DNA of 63,732 nucleotides, filler included, from Nitrospinae bacterium RIFCSPLOWO2_12_FULL_45_22 (GCA_001803565.1; 7 parts of 7 records of this genome joined end to end with filler, not necessarily neighbours in it), one strand, 5' to 3'; positions 40,461 through 51,667 are shown, counted from the first letter of the whole stretch. Numbers and translations: made by a program. Notes: a model not told the origin generated them from the sequence alone.

Positions 40461-40761
40461 ATCTCACCTTCAGCACAAATTGGTTAAACCACTTGTGCTC
40501 TATTTTAAGCAGAAGAACCCGCTATGTCAACTTCTTCACCAAGATTCAAGGAAAATTTGGCTTGACAAGAAGGCAGAACTGATTTAAATAGAGGTTATAC
40601 CTGAGGGACCAAGGAACTGCCTGATAGTTACTACACAAAATCCTATCCCTTGACCAGAGTTGATGTCTTGCTCAGCTTGGAGCTACCCCTCATTTTCCTC
40701 CCGTCGGTCCCCAAAGAGGAACAAAGTTTATAAACCTATCACAGTATAAGGGGGGCGGGTT

Positions 40762-42003
40762 ATGAAAAAGGAAGAGTTTTTTGCTGAGGCCATACCTGGT
40801 AGCACCGGACCTTTGCAAGGGGTGAGGGTATTAGAAGTAACTACATCTTTAGCAGGGCCTATAGTAGGGACTCTGCTGGCCGATTTAGGGGCAGAAGTCA
40901 TCAAATGTGAGCTGCCCAAGGTAGGCGAAGTAATAAGGTATTGCCCACCTTTCTTAAGTAGCGAGGCATTTATGGAGCGGAGTACACCACACCTAAGTGT
41001 AAACCGGAACAAGAAAAACATTACCCTCGCATATAATAAGAGCGAGGGGGCAGCCATTTTTAAAGAACTAGCTGCCAAAGCTGATGTTATTGTAGAAAAC
41101 TATAAACCCGGTGCTACGGATAAATGGGGTATCGGCTATAAAGATATCAGAAATATCAAACCAGATATTGTCTATACTTCCATCACCGGATATGGTCAAT
41201 TTGGTCTCTATCATAAGAAACCAGGCTATGATCCTATTGCCCAGGCTATGAGTGGTCTGATGCACATTACCGGTCAGCCCGATGGCCCACCTACTACTAC
41301 TGGTAACTATATGGCGGACAATTTGACTGGTTGGCAAGGGGCCTTTGCCACGGTAGCAGCCTTGTTCTACCGCGAAAAAAGTGGTAAGGGACAGCATATT
41401 GATGTCTGCCTGTTAGATTCTCTATTGTATACCACTGAGATGGGCATCATGGCAGCATCACACCTGAACTTCTTTTGGGAGAGACTGGGTAGTGGGGCAC
41501 ATCCCATAGGGACGCGGGTCCTTTATCGCTGTAAAGATGGCTATGTCTGCTCCCTGGTAGCTATTCAGACCCATTGGGAGAGGCTCTGTAAACTCATCGG
41601 GCGGGAGGACCTTATTACTGACCCTCGTACCAGAACCTTGATAGACCGAGTAACCAATTTCCAATTATGTGCCGACACTATCCAACAATGGACTATGGGT
41701 AAGACAGTAGAAGAAGTAGTGAGGCTATTTGACGAAGCAGAGCTGGTAGCAGCCAGGATATATGATTTCCGTCAGATAATTGAAGACCCCCATATCCAGG
41801 AGCGGGACATGGTGACTGAAGTTACCCACCCAATCCATGGGAAGCTCAAACTCTATGGAGTAGCGGCAAAACACTCCCTCACACCAGGTAAGGTAAGGAT
41901 GCACGCACCTATGCTGGGTGAGCATAATAACGAGATATATCAAGAGCTACTGGGCTATGGAGAGGATAAATTGATAGCTTTAAGAGAAAAAGGTATAGTT
42001 TAG
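40762..42003 (+). CDS. Class III (CaiB/BaiF) CoA transferase
   Basis: PLQGVRVLE, LADLGAEVIK, NRNKK and ENYKPG motifs. Confidence 0.92.
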   Translation: MKKEEFFAEAIPGSTGPLQGVRVLEVTTSLAGPIVGTLLADLGAEVIKCELPKVGEVIRYCPPFLSSEAFMERSTPHLSVNRNKKNITLAYNKSEGAAIFKELAAKADVIVENYKPGATDKWGIGYKDIRNIKPDIVYTSITGYGQFGLYHKKPGYDPIAQAMSGLMHITGQPDGPPTTTGNYMADNLTGWQGAFATVAALFYREKSGKGQHIDVCLLDSLLYTTEMGIMAASHLNFFWERLGSGAHPIGTRVLYRCKDGYVCSLVAIQTHWERLCKLIGREDLITDPRTRTLIDRVTNFQLCADTIQQWTMGKTVEEVVRLFDEAELVAARIYDFRQIIEDPHIQERDMVTEVTHPIHGKLKLYGVAAKHSLTPGKVRMHAPMLGEHNNEIYQELLGYGEDKLIALREKGIV

Positions 42004-42240
42004 GGCATCCTTCATTTCGCCCAAAAAGTAGTTAACACTTTTAGTCAATAAAATTATTTTACTAATTTACCACCGAGCGCACAGAGAAAATTACTCTCTG
42101 GCCTCTTTGAAGTGTGGGAGTTTGCGGACCCTCTTCAACCCTAACTCCCTGACTCTCCCACTCCTTAACTTCCTGGAGTGGTGAAGGGTTAAAAAACTAT
42201 TTTCCTTTTGTCAAACTGTTAACTACTTTTGCAGGATGGC
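42004..42240. mobile_element. MITE-like element, copy 1
   Basis: Inverted ends CAAAAAGTAGTTAACA / TGTTAACTACTTTTG. About 195 bp are nearly identical to 45894-46098. Confidence 0.65.
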
Positions 42241-42402
42241 TGATTTTGTTTTCAAAAATTCTTGATTGATAGATTTTCATCCGTTACTATCCAAACTTGT
42301 ATNNNNNNNNNNNNNNNNNNNNNNNNNNNNNNNNNNNNNNNNNNNNTTAATTAATTAANNNNNNNNNNNNNNNNNNNNNNNNNNNNNNNNNNNNNNNNNN
42401 NN

Positions 42403-42574
42403 TCTCCGTTGAAGAAATAACTAATTCATTGGTATGGTAGTCCATCATAGGATAGGCCAGTTGCACATCAAAGATAGTAATCTGAGGATCCGGTCTCTTG
42501 AGGGCTGTTCGGGGAAAACATCCCACCATTAGGTACTCCAATAAGATAGCCAGGCAAATCGCCATCCGTGTCAT
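42403..42574 (-). CDS. Partial exported or lipoprotein-like protein, cut by the contig end
   Basis: MTRMAICLAILLEYLMVGC N-terminus behind a GGGAGG RBS. Confidence 0.5.
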
Positions 42575-42639
42575 ATTTTCCTCCCCTCTGTGCTCTGTGG
42601 TTTCATATTTTTCCCTCTTTTTTCATAAAACTTCTGACA

Positions 42640-44112
42640 TTACCAACCTGAGAATAAGACCGGGTACCAAGCCGCTATAATCAGGCTGATACCAACAAAA
42701 TGGGGTAAGTACACCAGCCCGGGTCGGGACCAGACCTTTTGTAGTCTTATTATCCGAAAACCTAAATAAAGACTCCAAAGGGCACTGGTAGCCAATAGCG
42801 CAGCCCTTATTAGATATACTATTTCCTTCTCCAGGCCATTTTGCTGGAAATAACCAAAGGTGAGCTGGCTCAGCCCCAAAAATAAAGAGAAGAGGCTTAT
42901 GGGGGTATAGAGATAACCGATCCTGGTAAACAGTTCTTTGAAATCGCCTTTCTCCTGCATCCGGGGCAAGAGGAGTTGGGTAGAGATAGCCGTTAAGAGG
43001 GATAGGAGACCAAGGCTTAACAATACTGCGGCCAGGATAAAGACTACTATAGTGACGGCATCTAGTAGATAAAAGACCTCCCCGACCTCAGGATAATGGC
43101 TCATAAGCCACCAGGGCCCACCATAGGCCATGAGTTTACCCAGGCCTAAATTAAGGCCCACGCTCCCCAGGATATATTTTAGCTGGATAAAGAGGGGATC
43201 TACCGTCCAATGGAAGACCCCTAAAGGTAACCCTATAGCACCAAAGAGAAAGATCACTTCCCAAAAGAGGGGTTCGCAATAATTGATATTTAACAGCTCT
43301 TCCCCAGGTCTCCTCATACTCAGATGAATAGAATCTTTCCAGTTGGCGCACCGGAAGCACATGAGACAATAGCGGTTAGTGGAGAGGTTGGGCAGATAGA
43401 TAAAGACCGGGCAAGGGTCTTTTCTGGCTCCCTTACCTGGATTATTTTTGTCAAATTCGGCCAGCTTCCGGTGATCTACCCGGAAATGTAAAGCACCAAG
43501 GCGGGAAAATACCCCGAACAGTAAGCTTACCGGACAAAGATAGCGACACCATACCCAGCCGGAGCGGGTATATATCAGATTAAAGATTATAGCCAGGAGG
43601 GTAGAACCACCCAGGATCAAGAGTTGGGGCTTGGGATACTCATATACCCCCACCAACTGACCAAATATGGTTATAGCAATAAAGGCCAGCAGCGGTATCC
43701 CACCCCATTTCATCCAGTTAGGCACCGGGAGGTTGCCACCGAAAGGACTGGCATAAGCCGATAAGGCCCCTTCCGGGCAGAGAAAGCCACACCAGGCCCG
43801 ACCAAAGAGGATCATGGAGAGGACCACCAAAGGCCACCAGATATACCAGAAGATAAAATGGGAAAAGAGGACAAAATTATTAAAAGGCCCAGCACTTTCT
43901 GGAGCCCTGGGCAAAAGAGGTGGTATCAGGATCAAGGATAGATAGAAAAGGATCATAATAATATGTAGAGCAGTAATTATCCACCGTCTATTCACCAGGA
44001 AATTCTCGATTCCCTGCAAATGAATGGACCTCCCCCTCCTTTTTTTATAAGTTGCAATCCCTTCCCTAACCCCAATATAATCTGCTTCCCTTTGACTACT
44101 AATTGCCTTCAT
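42640..44112 (-). CDS. Membrane polyferredoxin / 4Fe-4S binding protein (FtrD/NapH-like)
   Basis: GRAWCGFLCPEG, WCRYLCP and CLMCFRC motifs, many TMs, downstream of FTR1. Confidence 0.85.
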   Translation of the reverse strand: MKAISSQREADYIGVREGIATYKKRRGRSIHLQGIENFLVNRRWIITALHIIMILFYLSLILIPPLLPRAPESAGPFNNFVLFSHFIFWYIWWPLVVLSMILFGRAWCGFLCPEGALSAYASPFGGNLPVPNWMKWGGIPLLAFIAITIFGQLVGVYEYPKPQLLILGGSTLLAIIFNLIYTRSGWVWCRYLCPVSLLFGVFSRLGALHFRVDHRKLAEFDKNNPGKGARKDPCPVFIYLPNLSTNRYCLMCFRCANWKDSIHLSMRRPGEELLNINYCEPLFWEVIFLFGAIGLPLGVFHWTVDPLFIQLKYILGSVGLNLGLGKLMAYGGPWWLMSHYPEVGEVFYLLDAVTIVVFILAAVLLSLGLLSLLTAISTQLLLPRMQEKGDFKELFTRIGYLYTPISLFSLFLGLSQLTFGYFQQNGLEKEIVYLIRAALLATSALWSLYLGFRIIRLQKVWSRPGLVYLPHFVGISLIIAAWYPVLFSGW

Positions 44113-44123
44113 CCACTACCCTC

Positions 44124-45335
44124 CTATGATATGGGTTTAAGGGGTTTAAGAATAAAAAGATAAGCCATAGCCAGCAAGGCCGCTGCCAGCAAAATTCCCT
44201 GGCAGGTCAAAGATTCTACGGTAGGATATATCCTTAAAAAGTCGATCTGGGGGATAAAAGCGACCGGGGTGGCGCTTATTAGCCCTCCTACCTGGAATTC
44301 AATGATCCCTTGGCCGGTGAAGGAAAAGGCCAAATAATAGAGGAAGATGCTGGTCAGGGTAAAAAAGAGCCTTATGGGGATACGGACACTACCTAGCTTG
44401 AAGATAAAAAAGACTCCGGCTAAGGTCCCGGAACCTAATAGAAATCCTAACCAGATAAGCCCAGTATCCAATCCTTCCCCACTGGCTAATAAGGCCTGAT
44501 AAAAGAGGACGGTTTCCGCCCCTTCTCTATATACGGCTAGAAAAGCGGTAAACCCTAAGGCAAAGAGGCTGCCCTGGCTCAGAGACACCTTTACCTTCTC
44601 CTGGATAAAGGCCATCCATTTGGCTGCCTCGGCTTTGCTGGTAAGCCAGTAACTGACATAAAAGAGGACTATTGCTGCCAGGAGCATAGTTGCCCCTTCC
44701 ATGATCTCCTGGCCAGCGGGGTTTTGGGCAAAGATAGATTGAATCAGGAAGGCGGTAAAGATACTGGCCAATAGGGCAAACCCGGCTCCCTGATAGACTA
44801 CCTTTATCTTATTATCATTACCAGTTTTTATAAGATAGGCTGTAAGGGCGCTAATGATCAGGATGGCCTCAAAACCCTCCCGCAGAATAATAAAAAGGGA
44901 GTTTAGCAGGGCCCTCCATGGGCTTGGTTCTTCTATCTCCAACAATTTTGCGGCTTCTCCTAACCGGGTGATAAGCCGCTGGAACTCTTGTTCAACTTGA
45001 TCCTGAGAAGCCCCGGTCCGCATAAGGCTAATTATTTTGCCAAAGATAGATTCTATTTCAATCTTTGCCCTAGAGGATCTAGTGGCCAGGAGGGCTTCCA
45101 GACCTTTTCCTTCAAAAACATCGAAATATGCGCTAGAGACTATACCCTTGGCCCTTTGCTGCTCCCCTTTGCAGTAAAGCATAAGGGCTTCTTCCAGCAA
45201 GCCCTTTGTCTGTAGGACAATATCCCGTACCGGGACCTTATCCATAGAGGAGGAATACTGGTCTCCTGCTATCGCCTTGCTTGAGACAAAGATTAATGAG
45301 ATAAGTACATAAAAGAAAATAATCCTCTTTACCAT
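44124..45335 (-). CDS. FTR1-family iron permease
   Basis: Two RExxE motifs (LREGFEA, YREGAET) and multiple TMs. Confidence 0.92.
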   Translation of the reverse strand: MVKRIIFFYVLISLIFVSSKAIAGDQYSSSMDKVPVRDIVLQTKGLLEEALMLYCKGEQQRAKGIVSSAYFDVFEGKGLEALLATRSSRAKIEIESIFGKIISLMRTGASQDQVEQEFQRLITRLGEAAKLLEIEEPSPWRALLNSLFIILREGFEAILIISALTAYLIKTGNDNKIKVVYQGAGFALLASIFTAFLIQSIFAQNPAGQEIMEGATMLLAAIVLFYVSYWLTSKAEAAKWMAFIQEKVKVSLSQGSLFALGFTAFLAVYREGAETVLFYQALLASGEGLDTGLIWLGFLLGSGTLAGVFFIFKLGSVRIPIRLFFTLTSIFLYYLAFSFTGQGIIEFQVGGLISATPVAFIPQIDFLRIYPTVESLTCQGILLAAALLAMAYLFILKPLKPIS

Positions 45336-45635
45336 GATTGCTCCCTCCCATCGCAGGACTTTAAGAATTATGCTAAAATAAAAAATGGATCTGGAAAGAG
45401 ATGCGAGCAGAGTCTTTACTCCTCTTCTCCAGGATTCCCTCCCAGGACCCTGCTGGGGTAGGGCAGCTAACCTTTCTCCCCAGCGGGGTCTAAAGAGGTC
45501 CCTTACTTTATTCTCTTGTGAATAGCCAACTCAAAAAGTAATTATGAATCTTTCTCTTTGCCCCTCTATTTTAACTGATTATTATTTGCCTTTTCTTAAT
45601 TTAGCCGAATAAAGCAATGTGTTTAGCTAAAAAAC

Positions 45636-45692
45636 CTCTGTTATTTTAATTAAGTCTCAATTAAAATAACAGAGCTGATATATCTATGTCAA
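45636..45692 (-). promoter_or_regulatory. Putative sigma70 promoter overlapped by a perfect 16-7-16 palindrome
   Basis: CTCTGTTATTTTAATT-AAGTCTC-AATTAAAATAACAGAG. The minus strand reads TTGACA...TG-T-TATTTT towards FTR1. Confidence 0.55.
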
Positions 45693-45893
45693 GAATTTTT
45701 TTACCGGGGGACCATTCCCTTTGTAATGAAGCCGGCCTTTGAAGATACCCGGGCTCTACTCGGGGGACTAGAGAGCTTATAGCTCAGATAAATCAAGATG
45801 ATAGAGAGGTTAGGGGATTTATCGTTGCAGATGGTGAGAAGACTGGGGAATTGGTCAGGCAGTTAAGATAAGTGAAAAAATTGCTGCCCTTTT

Positions 45894-46098
45894 GCATCCT
45901 TCATTTCGCCCAAAAAGTAGTTACCACTTTTTGTCAGTAAAATTATTTTGCTAATTTACCACAGAGCACACAGAGATCACAGAGAAAACTACTCTCTGGC
46001 CTCTTTGAAGTGTGGGAGTTAGCGGACCCCCTTCAACCCTTACTCCCTAACTCTCCCACTCCTTAACTTCCTGGAGTGGTGAAGGGTTAAAAAAACTA
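45894..46098. mobile_element. MITE-like element, copy 2 (right end missing)
   Basis: Nearly identical to 42005-42199, with one extra 9-nt ACAGAG-type unit. Confidence 0.65.
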
Positions 46099-46253
46099 GT
46101 AACCGTTCACCAGCTCTTTATCGTCACGTCATTCTGAGCGAAAGCGAAGAATCTCAATTCCCCAGAGACCCTTCGCTCCGCTCAGGGTGACAGGCCCGGT
46201 GAACGGGTACTCTCAAAAGAATGTCAAGAAAAATTTCTCGGCTCGGAAAGGGA

Positions 46254-47252
46254 TTAAGTTTTGGCCCCGCGCATCATCAAGGTTTGACCTTCCTGCACTA
46301 CTTCGTCTCGTTGGTTAAGCATCTGGAAGGCAAAGGTAAGGACACCCCGATCGGGTTTGGATTTGGATACTCTGAACTCAGCTACCTTGAAAAGGCAGCG
46401 GATAGTGTCGCCGATCTTTACTGGGGCTAAGAATAAAGAGCCATCGTTTAAGTGCCCCGCTTCGGTGGCGGCCCCGGGGCTCTTAGCCCTCAGCAAGTCA
46501 CCATCCCTGGTCCAGAGGCCAAAGCCCGCCGTAAAGACCAGCATAGGTGGGGCAATCCTCTCGCCAAATACGGTCTGTTTAGCAAATTCGGCATCCACAT
46601 AGAGCGGGTCATAGTCGCCACAGAGGCCCGCAAAATTTACTATATCGGCTTCAGTAAAGGTGCGGCCTGAAGTCATTCCTCCTTCATCAGGTACAAAATC
46701 TTGTAAATAATAGACCTTGTTTGGGTCAAGGACAAACCGTTTTATCTCCCAGGGTTTTTTGGTTTTGCACTGTAACCGTTTACCTGCCGCGGCCTTTCTC
46801 CTTACCTTAGTAGTTAAAGTACCATCATAAATCGCCTGGCCGTTCTGGTTTACCACTTGAAAATTAGTCTTAACCATCCCAAATCCTTCCTGCTCCGGGT
46901 CATCCATTAGCTCTGCTACCTTCCAGCAGATCTTTATGGTATCACCCAGGGCAATAGCTCCCCGATAGTTGTTCTCAAAGCTACGAAAATAGGCCTCTGG
47001 TACTCCCCGGCCAGTTATATGCGGGGCATCAATAGACAACATACCGCTGACCAGGGTAGAGCCTAATAAGCCATGGGCAATCCGACCGCCATAGCCCCCC
47101 CCTTCAGTCAGGTGGCGATCCAGATGTACCGGGGCATAATCGGCCGTTATACAGGCAAATTTGACAATGTCTGCCTCTCCTACCGTACGGGTAAAGGTTT
47201 CGCCTTGCTCCCCAATAGTATAATCTTCCAGGAATTGATAAGCCTGAGCCAT
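46254..47252 (-). CDS. Tandem MaoC-family (hot-dog) dehydratase
   Basis: Two repeats: RTVGEADIVKFACITADYAPVHLD...RIAHG and RTFTEADIVNFAGLCGDYDPLYVD...RIAPP. Confidence 0.88.
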   Translation of the reverse strand: MAQAYQFLEDYTIGEQGETFTRTVGEADIVKFACITADYAPVHLDRHLTEGGGYGGRIAHGLLGSTLVSGMLSIDAPHITGRGVPEAYFRSFENNYRGAIALGDTIKICWKVAELMDDPEQEGFGMVKTNFQVVNQNGQAIYDGTLTTKVRRKAAAGKRLQCKTKKPWEIKRFVLDPNKVYYLQDFVPDEGGMTSGRTFTEADIVNFAGLCGDYDPLYVDAEFAKQTVFGERIAPPMLVFTAGFGLWTRDGDLLRAKSPGAATEAGHLNDGSLFLAPVKIGDTIRCLFKVAEFRVSKSKPDRGVLTFAFQMLNQRDEVVQEGQTLMMRGAKT

Positions 47253-47803
47253 TGCTNNNNNNNNNNNNNNNNNNNNNNNNNNNNNNNNTTGGTTATTGGT
47301 TATACCCAACCCTTTGTAGCGAAAATCTTTAATGTTGTCAAACAAAAACTTGTTCCTCGACTACTAAATTCGCCCCCAGCCCCCCTAATTACAGACGCCT
47401 TTCTCGTCCTTTGGTGAGCTAGCATTTTATAAAATAATCTTTCCCTAACACGAAAAATGATGGGAATAAGAATTTTCGTAAATGTTTAGCCAAAATAAGA
47501 TGGAACACAAATTACACGAATATACGAATAGCACGAATGAAATAAAAATGTTGCCTGCAACGCCCTGGCTGTTGGCAGACAGGGATGTTTATCCCGCGGT
47601 TACAGGGTTTAGATTCTATCTCCGACAATTTTGTGATGACCTTTATTTGGCTAAACAATTACTTGACAGAGGCTTTTACCCAATGATAGATTTTATCGAG
47701 CAGNNNNNNNNNNNNNNNNNNNNNNNNNNNNNNNNNNNNNNNNNNNNTTAATTAATTAANNNNNNNNNNNNNNNNNNNNNNNNNNNNNNNNNNNNNNNNN
47801 NNN

Positions 47804-48412
47804 TGAGCCTACATAATAGGCCACCGGCATCGGCTCACCCCGGGCATGCCACTTCTTCATAATAAGATCCCCTTGCTGGCCATAGGTAGGGTCATAACCG
47901 ATGCCATTACGGGTATGGATCATACCGCGGTAGTTGGCCCAGTTATTCCAATGCTCCTCCGGGTCCTCCATGCACCAGCAGCCGGTAGTGGTATACCGAC
48001 CCCCATCACCATGATGCAGATAAGGCCAGGGGAACTTCAGGAGATTCGCCTCTTTACCCATCTGGATATGTTCTTTGCAGGGCCCGGTAGAAACTATGGT
48101 CGGAGGGATACCGGTGTATAGTCGCCTCAAGAGTTCAAAGGCAAAATCAAAAGGATGGGCATCGGGCGGGGCACCACCGGCAATGGCTAAACGGCGCCAT
48201 ATCTGCTGCGGTGGGCCTGCCCAGGGCTCTCCCAATAACGTATAACCCTCCGGATAACCTTTTATTTTTTTGAACCAAAGGATTGGGCCGCCTACCCGGC
48301 AAGACATGGTAGAGAAGGCCGCCGCCTCCAGATTCCAATCTACCTCTTCTTCTATCTCGATCAACTCCCCCAACTCTTTTAATCGCTTTATGAATTCTCG
48401 TATTGATGGCAT
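47804..48412 (-). CDS. UbiD-family (de)carboxylase, 3'-truncated
   Basis: IREFIKRLKELGELIEIEEEVDWNLE and HHGDGGRY motifs. Confidence 0.88.
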
Positions 48413-48752
48413 CTTGACCCCCTTGTTGGTTAACTGGTTAATTAGTGAGTAACCGTTCAGCCACCAAGGCACTAAGTCACCAAGAAGCTCAAAACTTAAA
48501 ATGCAAAGTCTAAAATTAAGGTAATTATTCCTCCCTGCCTGTGCGGTGCACGCAGACAGGAGCTTTACACTTTTAGCTTTGCGTTTTACATTTCCTTGGT
48601 GCCCTTGTGTCTTAGTGGCTGATAAAGCTTAGCCGGGTGAACTGGTTAATTAGTGATTGGTTAATTGGTACTACTCACCATTCACCAGTTTAATGAATAA
48701 CCTCTTCTTAAAGCTTAGCTGAAAACTGACGTCTGACATCTGAATGCTAACT

Positions 48753-50267
48753 TTAGCGGCCAACAATCTGGGGCTTGGGTTTTATCCCTAATTTTTCCCA
48801 GCGCTCTAATACTCGCTTACGGATCTCTTGAGGGAAATGTTCAAAGGAGAGCCTGGCTGGTATATCCTCCTTGGGCCAGGTAGTGGGGAAGGTACAGTCA
48901 AAAAAGACCTTGCTGCCTGTACCGCGTTTCTTGTCTTCCTCGCTAGTATAAGCCACTAACGGACTCAGCGAGGCATCGGCCCCTTCCCAGATAACGATCC
49001 CCCTATCCGGATGGTTCTTCTCTATGAAATCCCAGTAGACATAGGTCATCTCCATGGGTGGCACATCATCTTCCACAAAAATAAGCTTATCAATTAGCCT
49101 GCCGGCCCGAGAGGAAAATACGGTAGCCGCTATCTGGTAGGGATGGCCGGGGAATAGGGGCTTTATAGAGATTACACCGGTGGTAAGGCCCCACTCGACC
49201 GGTAAGTTCAGCCAACGGACAAATAGGTTCGCATGGAGTCTAATTATTCTGATAAGTTCAAAAGAGGCGGTAGTAGACAAAACAGCCATAAAATCCGATA
49301 CTTTAGCCCCATCTACTATAAAAGGCAGGATAGGGTTTTTGCGATGAGTAATGGCTTTTACATTAATAACTGGTTGAGGAGAAGGTTGAGAATAGCCAGC
49401 CGTCTTCTCACCATAGGGCCCCTCAATAATACGCACATGTGGTGGGACTTCCCCTTCTATCACGATCTCAGAGGTTGAAGGCACCAACAGGTCAGAAGAC
49501 TCGGCCTTTACCATCTCTATCGGCTCTAGTCTCAACCCCCCTGCTATTGCTGCCTTATCCGTACCTTCCAATAGGAAGAATAATGAAGAAATATATAGAG
49601 CCACTGGGGCACCTAAACAGATACATATCGGCATGGGCTTGTTTTCTCTTTCATACTTCTGATATATCTTCCAGATCCCTTCACCGATAATAGTAATGAG
49701 AGAAGGCTCTTGAGGTAAGAAAGAACCTATAAGGGTCCGATAATCTTTAATCATGACCCGGCTGAATCCCCATTCTTGCATACCACTCTCTGGATCCTTA
49801 GCCGTGATCCCATGAAAAGAGGAATACCGTCCCCCATCATCGGCATGGATAAAAGGGAAAGGGAAATTAAACAGGTCCACTTCGTCCCCCAGAAGGACCT
49901 CCTCCTTGCAGGGGCCACTCTTGACCTGAGTAACGCGCAAAGGACTTCTCAACCTTTCCTTTATCACGTCCAAAAATTCCGGGTAATAGTATTTGTTATA
50001 AGCAAGGTTATGCTCTAATTCCAGGGCAATAGCCTGTCTGGTCCAGGGTAGCCGTTCCCGGGTATAAAGGGTCCCGGGACCGCTCAAGAGGCTCGTAGCC
50101 ATACTATACCCTTCCGGATAGCCCTTTATATTTTTGTAATGGATAGCCTTATCCCCCAGGCGGTTGCTCATGGCCCCCAAGGCAGCCGCTTGCAAGTGCC
50201 AATGAATTTCTTCTTCAATCGGGTTTAGCTCCCCCATCTTCTCTAGCCTGGCAATATATCTTCTCAT
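48753..50267 (-). CDS. UbiD-family (de)carboxylase
   Basis: HADDGGRY, EIVIEG, EGPYGE and FFDCTFP motifs. Confidence 0.9.
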   Translation of the reverse strand: MRRYIARLEKMGELNPIEEEIHWHLQAAALGAMSNRLGDKAIHYKNIKGYPEGYSMATSLLSGPGTLYTRERLPWTRQAIALELEHNLAYNKYYYPEFLDVIKERLRSPLRVTQVKSGPCKEEVLLGDEVDLFNFPFPFIHADDGGRYSSFHGITAKDPESGMQEWGFSRVMIKDYRTLIGSFLPQEPSLITIIGEGIWKIYQKYERENKPMPICICLGAPVALYISSLFFLLEGTDKAAIAGGLRLEPIEMVKAESSDLLVPSTSEIVIEGEVPPHVRIIEGPYGEKTAGYSQPSPQPVINVKAITHRKNPILPFIVDGAKVSDFMAVLSTTASFELIRIIRLHANLFVRWLNLPVEWGLTTGVISIKPLFPGHPYQIAATVFSSRAGRLIDKLIFVEDDVPPMEMTYVYWDFIEKNHPDRGIVIWEGADASLSPLVAYTSEEDKKRGTGSKVFFDCTFPTTWPKEDIPARLSFEHFPQEIRKRVLERWEKLGIKPKPQIVGR

Positions 50268-50282
50268 ATGACACCCCTTTCT

Positions 50283-51197
50283 CTAATTTGACCTATTTAG
50301 CATATCCTCCAATGTTTTTGCAATCTTCATAACCTCTTTAGAAGCCGGGCTTTCGGGATGGGCCAGGACAAAAGGCTTTCCCTCATCCGAGCAGACACTT
50401 AACCGTGGGTCCAAAGGTATCCTACCCAAGAAAGGCACTTCCAGATCCTTCGCTAGCTTCTCACCACCGCCAAACCTTAAAATATTTACTGTGGTACCGC
50501 ATTCGGGACAGACAAAACCACCCATGTTCTCTATAACCCCAAAGATCCTCACCTTGGCCTTCCTGCAGAGCAGACTGGCTTTATAGGCTACATTCTGGGA
50601 TACTTCGGAAGGGACCGTTACTATTACTGCACCACTCAGATCAGGAATATATTCCATCATATTCACTGAATCCGAGCTGGTACCGGGCGGCAGATCTATC
50701 AGTAAATAATCCCTCTCTCCATATACCACATGGCTAAGAAACTCCTCGGTAGCATTCCTCCTCATATCATGAAACCAGGTTAATACCTCATCGTCTTGCA
50801 GAATATTACCCATAGAGATCACCTGGATACCCAATGTGCCTTCCACCGGTAGAATTCCATCATCACTAAGGGTCAGCTTCTTGGCCATAATGCCGAGCAT
50901 CTTCGGTACCGTAGCCCCATCGAAATCCTGATCTAGAATGCTCACTTTCCTGCCCAGCATGGCCAGGGCAGTACCTAAGTTCACGGTAGTTATTGATTTA
51001 CCCACGCCCCCTTTACCGCCTACTATAGCAATCTTGTGCTTGATCTTGCTCATAGTTTGTTTAGCCTTACCCATCCGCCGGCGGATAAACATCTTATCTT
51101 TCTCGGGGTTCTCACACTCAAAGAACTTTTCGCAACTCTCACAAAACTTGTCACAACTAAGGTCTACATTAATAGAAATAATCTCCCTGCCTTCCAT
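50283..51197 (-). CDS. Mrp/NBP35 (ApbC) Fe-S carrier ATPase with an N-terminal Cys cluster
   Basis: GGKGGVGKS, DLPPGT and ENM...CPEC motifs; N-terminal CDKFCESCEKFFEC. Confidence 0.9.
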   Translation of the reverse strand: MEGREIISINVDLSCDKFCESCEKFFECENPEKDKMFIRRRMGKAKQTMSKIKHKIAIVGGKGGVGKSITTVNLGTALAMLGRKVSILDQDFDGATVPKMLGIMAKKLTLSDDGILPVEGTLGIQVISMGNILQDDEVLTWFHDMRRNATEEFLSHVVYGERDYLLIDLPPGTSSDSVNMMEYIPDLSGAVIVTVPSEVSQNVAYKASLLCRKAKVRIFGVIENMGGFVCPECGTTVNILRFGGGEKLAKDLEVPFLGRIPLDPRLSVCSDEGKPFVLAHPESPASKEVMKIAKTLEDMLNRSN

Positions 51198-51295
51198 AAA
51201 GCATCCTCCCTTACTAAGTTGTTATTGGGAAAACAAATGCATTCTTACTTTTTTCGGATAACATTTTTCATATACCTAACCCTTTGCCCTATGCG

Positions 51296-51389
51296 TGTAA
51301 CTCAAGGCTTTAGCCTTGAACAACCCTAAAGGGTTGAGTTACAGGGTTTATAAAGGGTTAACTACTTTTGGGCAAACATAAAAGATGCC
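51296..51389. repeat. Dispersed palindromic repeat, second copy of 6609-6702
   Basis: TGTAACTCAAGGCTTTAGCCTTG..AACCCTAAAGGGTTGAGTTACA...GTTAACTACTTTTGGGC...GATGCC. Confidence 0.8.
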
Positions 51390-51667
51390 GGAACAAGGAG
51401 GTAAAATATCCCCTCACCCCTCCTTTACCTTTTAGCACAGTGGACAATTCCATGTCAAACGTTTCGTTTAATGTCAATAAACTTCTGAATTGCCTTGTTA
51501 AACCTTCTAGGTTGATAATTGTCCTAAACGATAGAATATTCAATGTCTTTTTAGGCAGAACTTTTTGGCTAGAAAAAATTTTTCCTTTATTATATACTTT
51601 TTTTGGCCAGCAAGCCAGATTTTTTGATTCCCCCATCACCGCAAAGGTTGATAAAAGGAGGTAAGAG

